Assembly (NCBI GenBank): GCA_002336765.1
Contig: DDES01000200.1
Span: 1-48,488, forward strand
DNA: 48,488 nt
Reading direction: 5' to 3'
From: Novosphingobium sp. UBA1948
GTDB lineage: Bacteria > Pseudomonadota > Alphaproteobacteria > Sphingomonadales > Sphingomonadaceae
Below are positions 47,813-48,488 of this stretch, piece after piece; position 1 is the first letter of the stretch, and each line of letters opens with the position of its first letter. Position numbers and translations under genes: made by a program. Below the pieces are notes generated by a model, which was given only the letters and a program-made list of their open reading frames with translations, ran no database searches and was not told the origin of the DNA.

Positions 47813-47947
47813 AACCCACCCCGACCAAAGTTTATTTAACCGAGCGCTTAAAAACCGTTGACGTGGCGCTGTCCTCGTGGTTTTGCGCAAACGTGACTTG
47901 TCGAGCGCAAACCCCATGCGCCGCCCTTCAACGAGAGAGGCTTGCCG

Positions 47948-48488
47948 ATGTCCGCCAATATTGCCGAAATGGAAAAGCGCCGCGCCGCGGCCCGTATGGG
48001 TGGTGGCCAGAAGCGTATCGATGCCCAGCATGCCAAGGGCAAGCTGACCGCGCGCGAGCGTGTCAAGGTTCTGCTCGACGAGGGCAGCTTTGAAGAGATC
48101 GACATGTATGTCGAACACAATTGCGTGGACTTCGGCATGCCGGGCAACACCATCCCCGGCGACGGTGTGGTGACCGGCAGCGGCACGATCAATGGCCGTC
48201 TGGTCTTTGTCTTCTCTCAGGATTTCACCGTGTTCGGCGGCGCCGTGTCGGAACGCCATGCGATGAAGATCTGCAAGATCATGGATATGGCGCTCAAGGT
48301 TGGCGCGCCGGTGATCGGCATCAACGATTCGGGCGGCGCGCGCATTCAGGAAGGCGTGGCCTCGCTGGGTGGCTATGCCGAGATCTTCCAGCGCAATGTG
48401 CTGGCCTCGGGCGCGGTGCCGCAGATCAGCCTGATCATGGGCCCCTGCGCGGGTGGCGCGGTTTACTCGCCCGCCATGACCGACTTCA
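47948..48488 (+). CDS. pccB: Acyl-CoA (propionyl-CoA) carboxylase beta subunit, 5' part, runs off the window
   Basis: Manual translation [38 protein letters not shown]...GDGVVTG...QDFTVFGG...[10 protein letters not shown]...[16 protein letters not shown]. Absent from the ORF track because it has no stop in the window. Confidence 0.93.
   Translation, partial: MSANIAEMEKRRAAARMGGGQKRIDAQHAKGKLTARERVKVLLDEGSFEEIDMYVEHNCVDFGMPGNTIPGDGVVTGSGTINGRLVFVFSQDFTVFGGAVSERHAMKICKIMDMALKVGAPVIGINDSGGARIQEGVASLGGYAEIFQRNVLASGAVPQISLIMGPCAGGAVYSPAMTDF

Overview
High-GC alphaproteobacterial DNA in two parts that meet at a tRNA-Gln(UUG) gene (24314-24388, minus strand). Left (1-24.3 kb) is an accessory locus with three elements. 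(1) A divergently transcribed NRPS: formyltransferase, degenerate C-like region, a predicted Gly-activating A domain interrupted by a luciferase-like monooxygenase, and PCP. (2) A single-module type I PKS: KS-AT-KR with an embedded DH, then carrier and TE. (3) An adjacent Wzx/Wzy-type polysaccharide cluster: TolC, Wzx, two GT2, GT4, a short Tyr-less Wzc, Wza/ExoF, Wzy and WecB/TagA. Tandem CtrA-type boxes sit in the NRPS/PKS promoter. Right (24.5-48.5 kb) is sphingomonad-like core genome: Nu-class GST, ilvE, an unannotated 18-codon sORF/sRNA with a perfect SD, tlyA, tspO, ubiK, topA, two GT-C-like membrane proteins, lepB-rnc-era, pgi, three tandem translationally coupled S9 peptidases, gor, and the start of an acyl-CoA carboxylase beta subunit. 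The best candidate for an undescribed system is the NRPS/PKS-polysaccharide locus, which may make a formyl-glycine-derived acyl unit that decorates or anchors an exported glycan. All calls come from reading motifs by eye; no searches were run.
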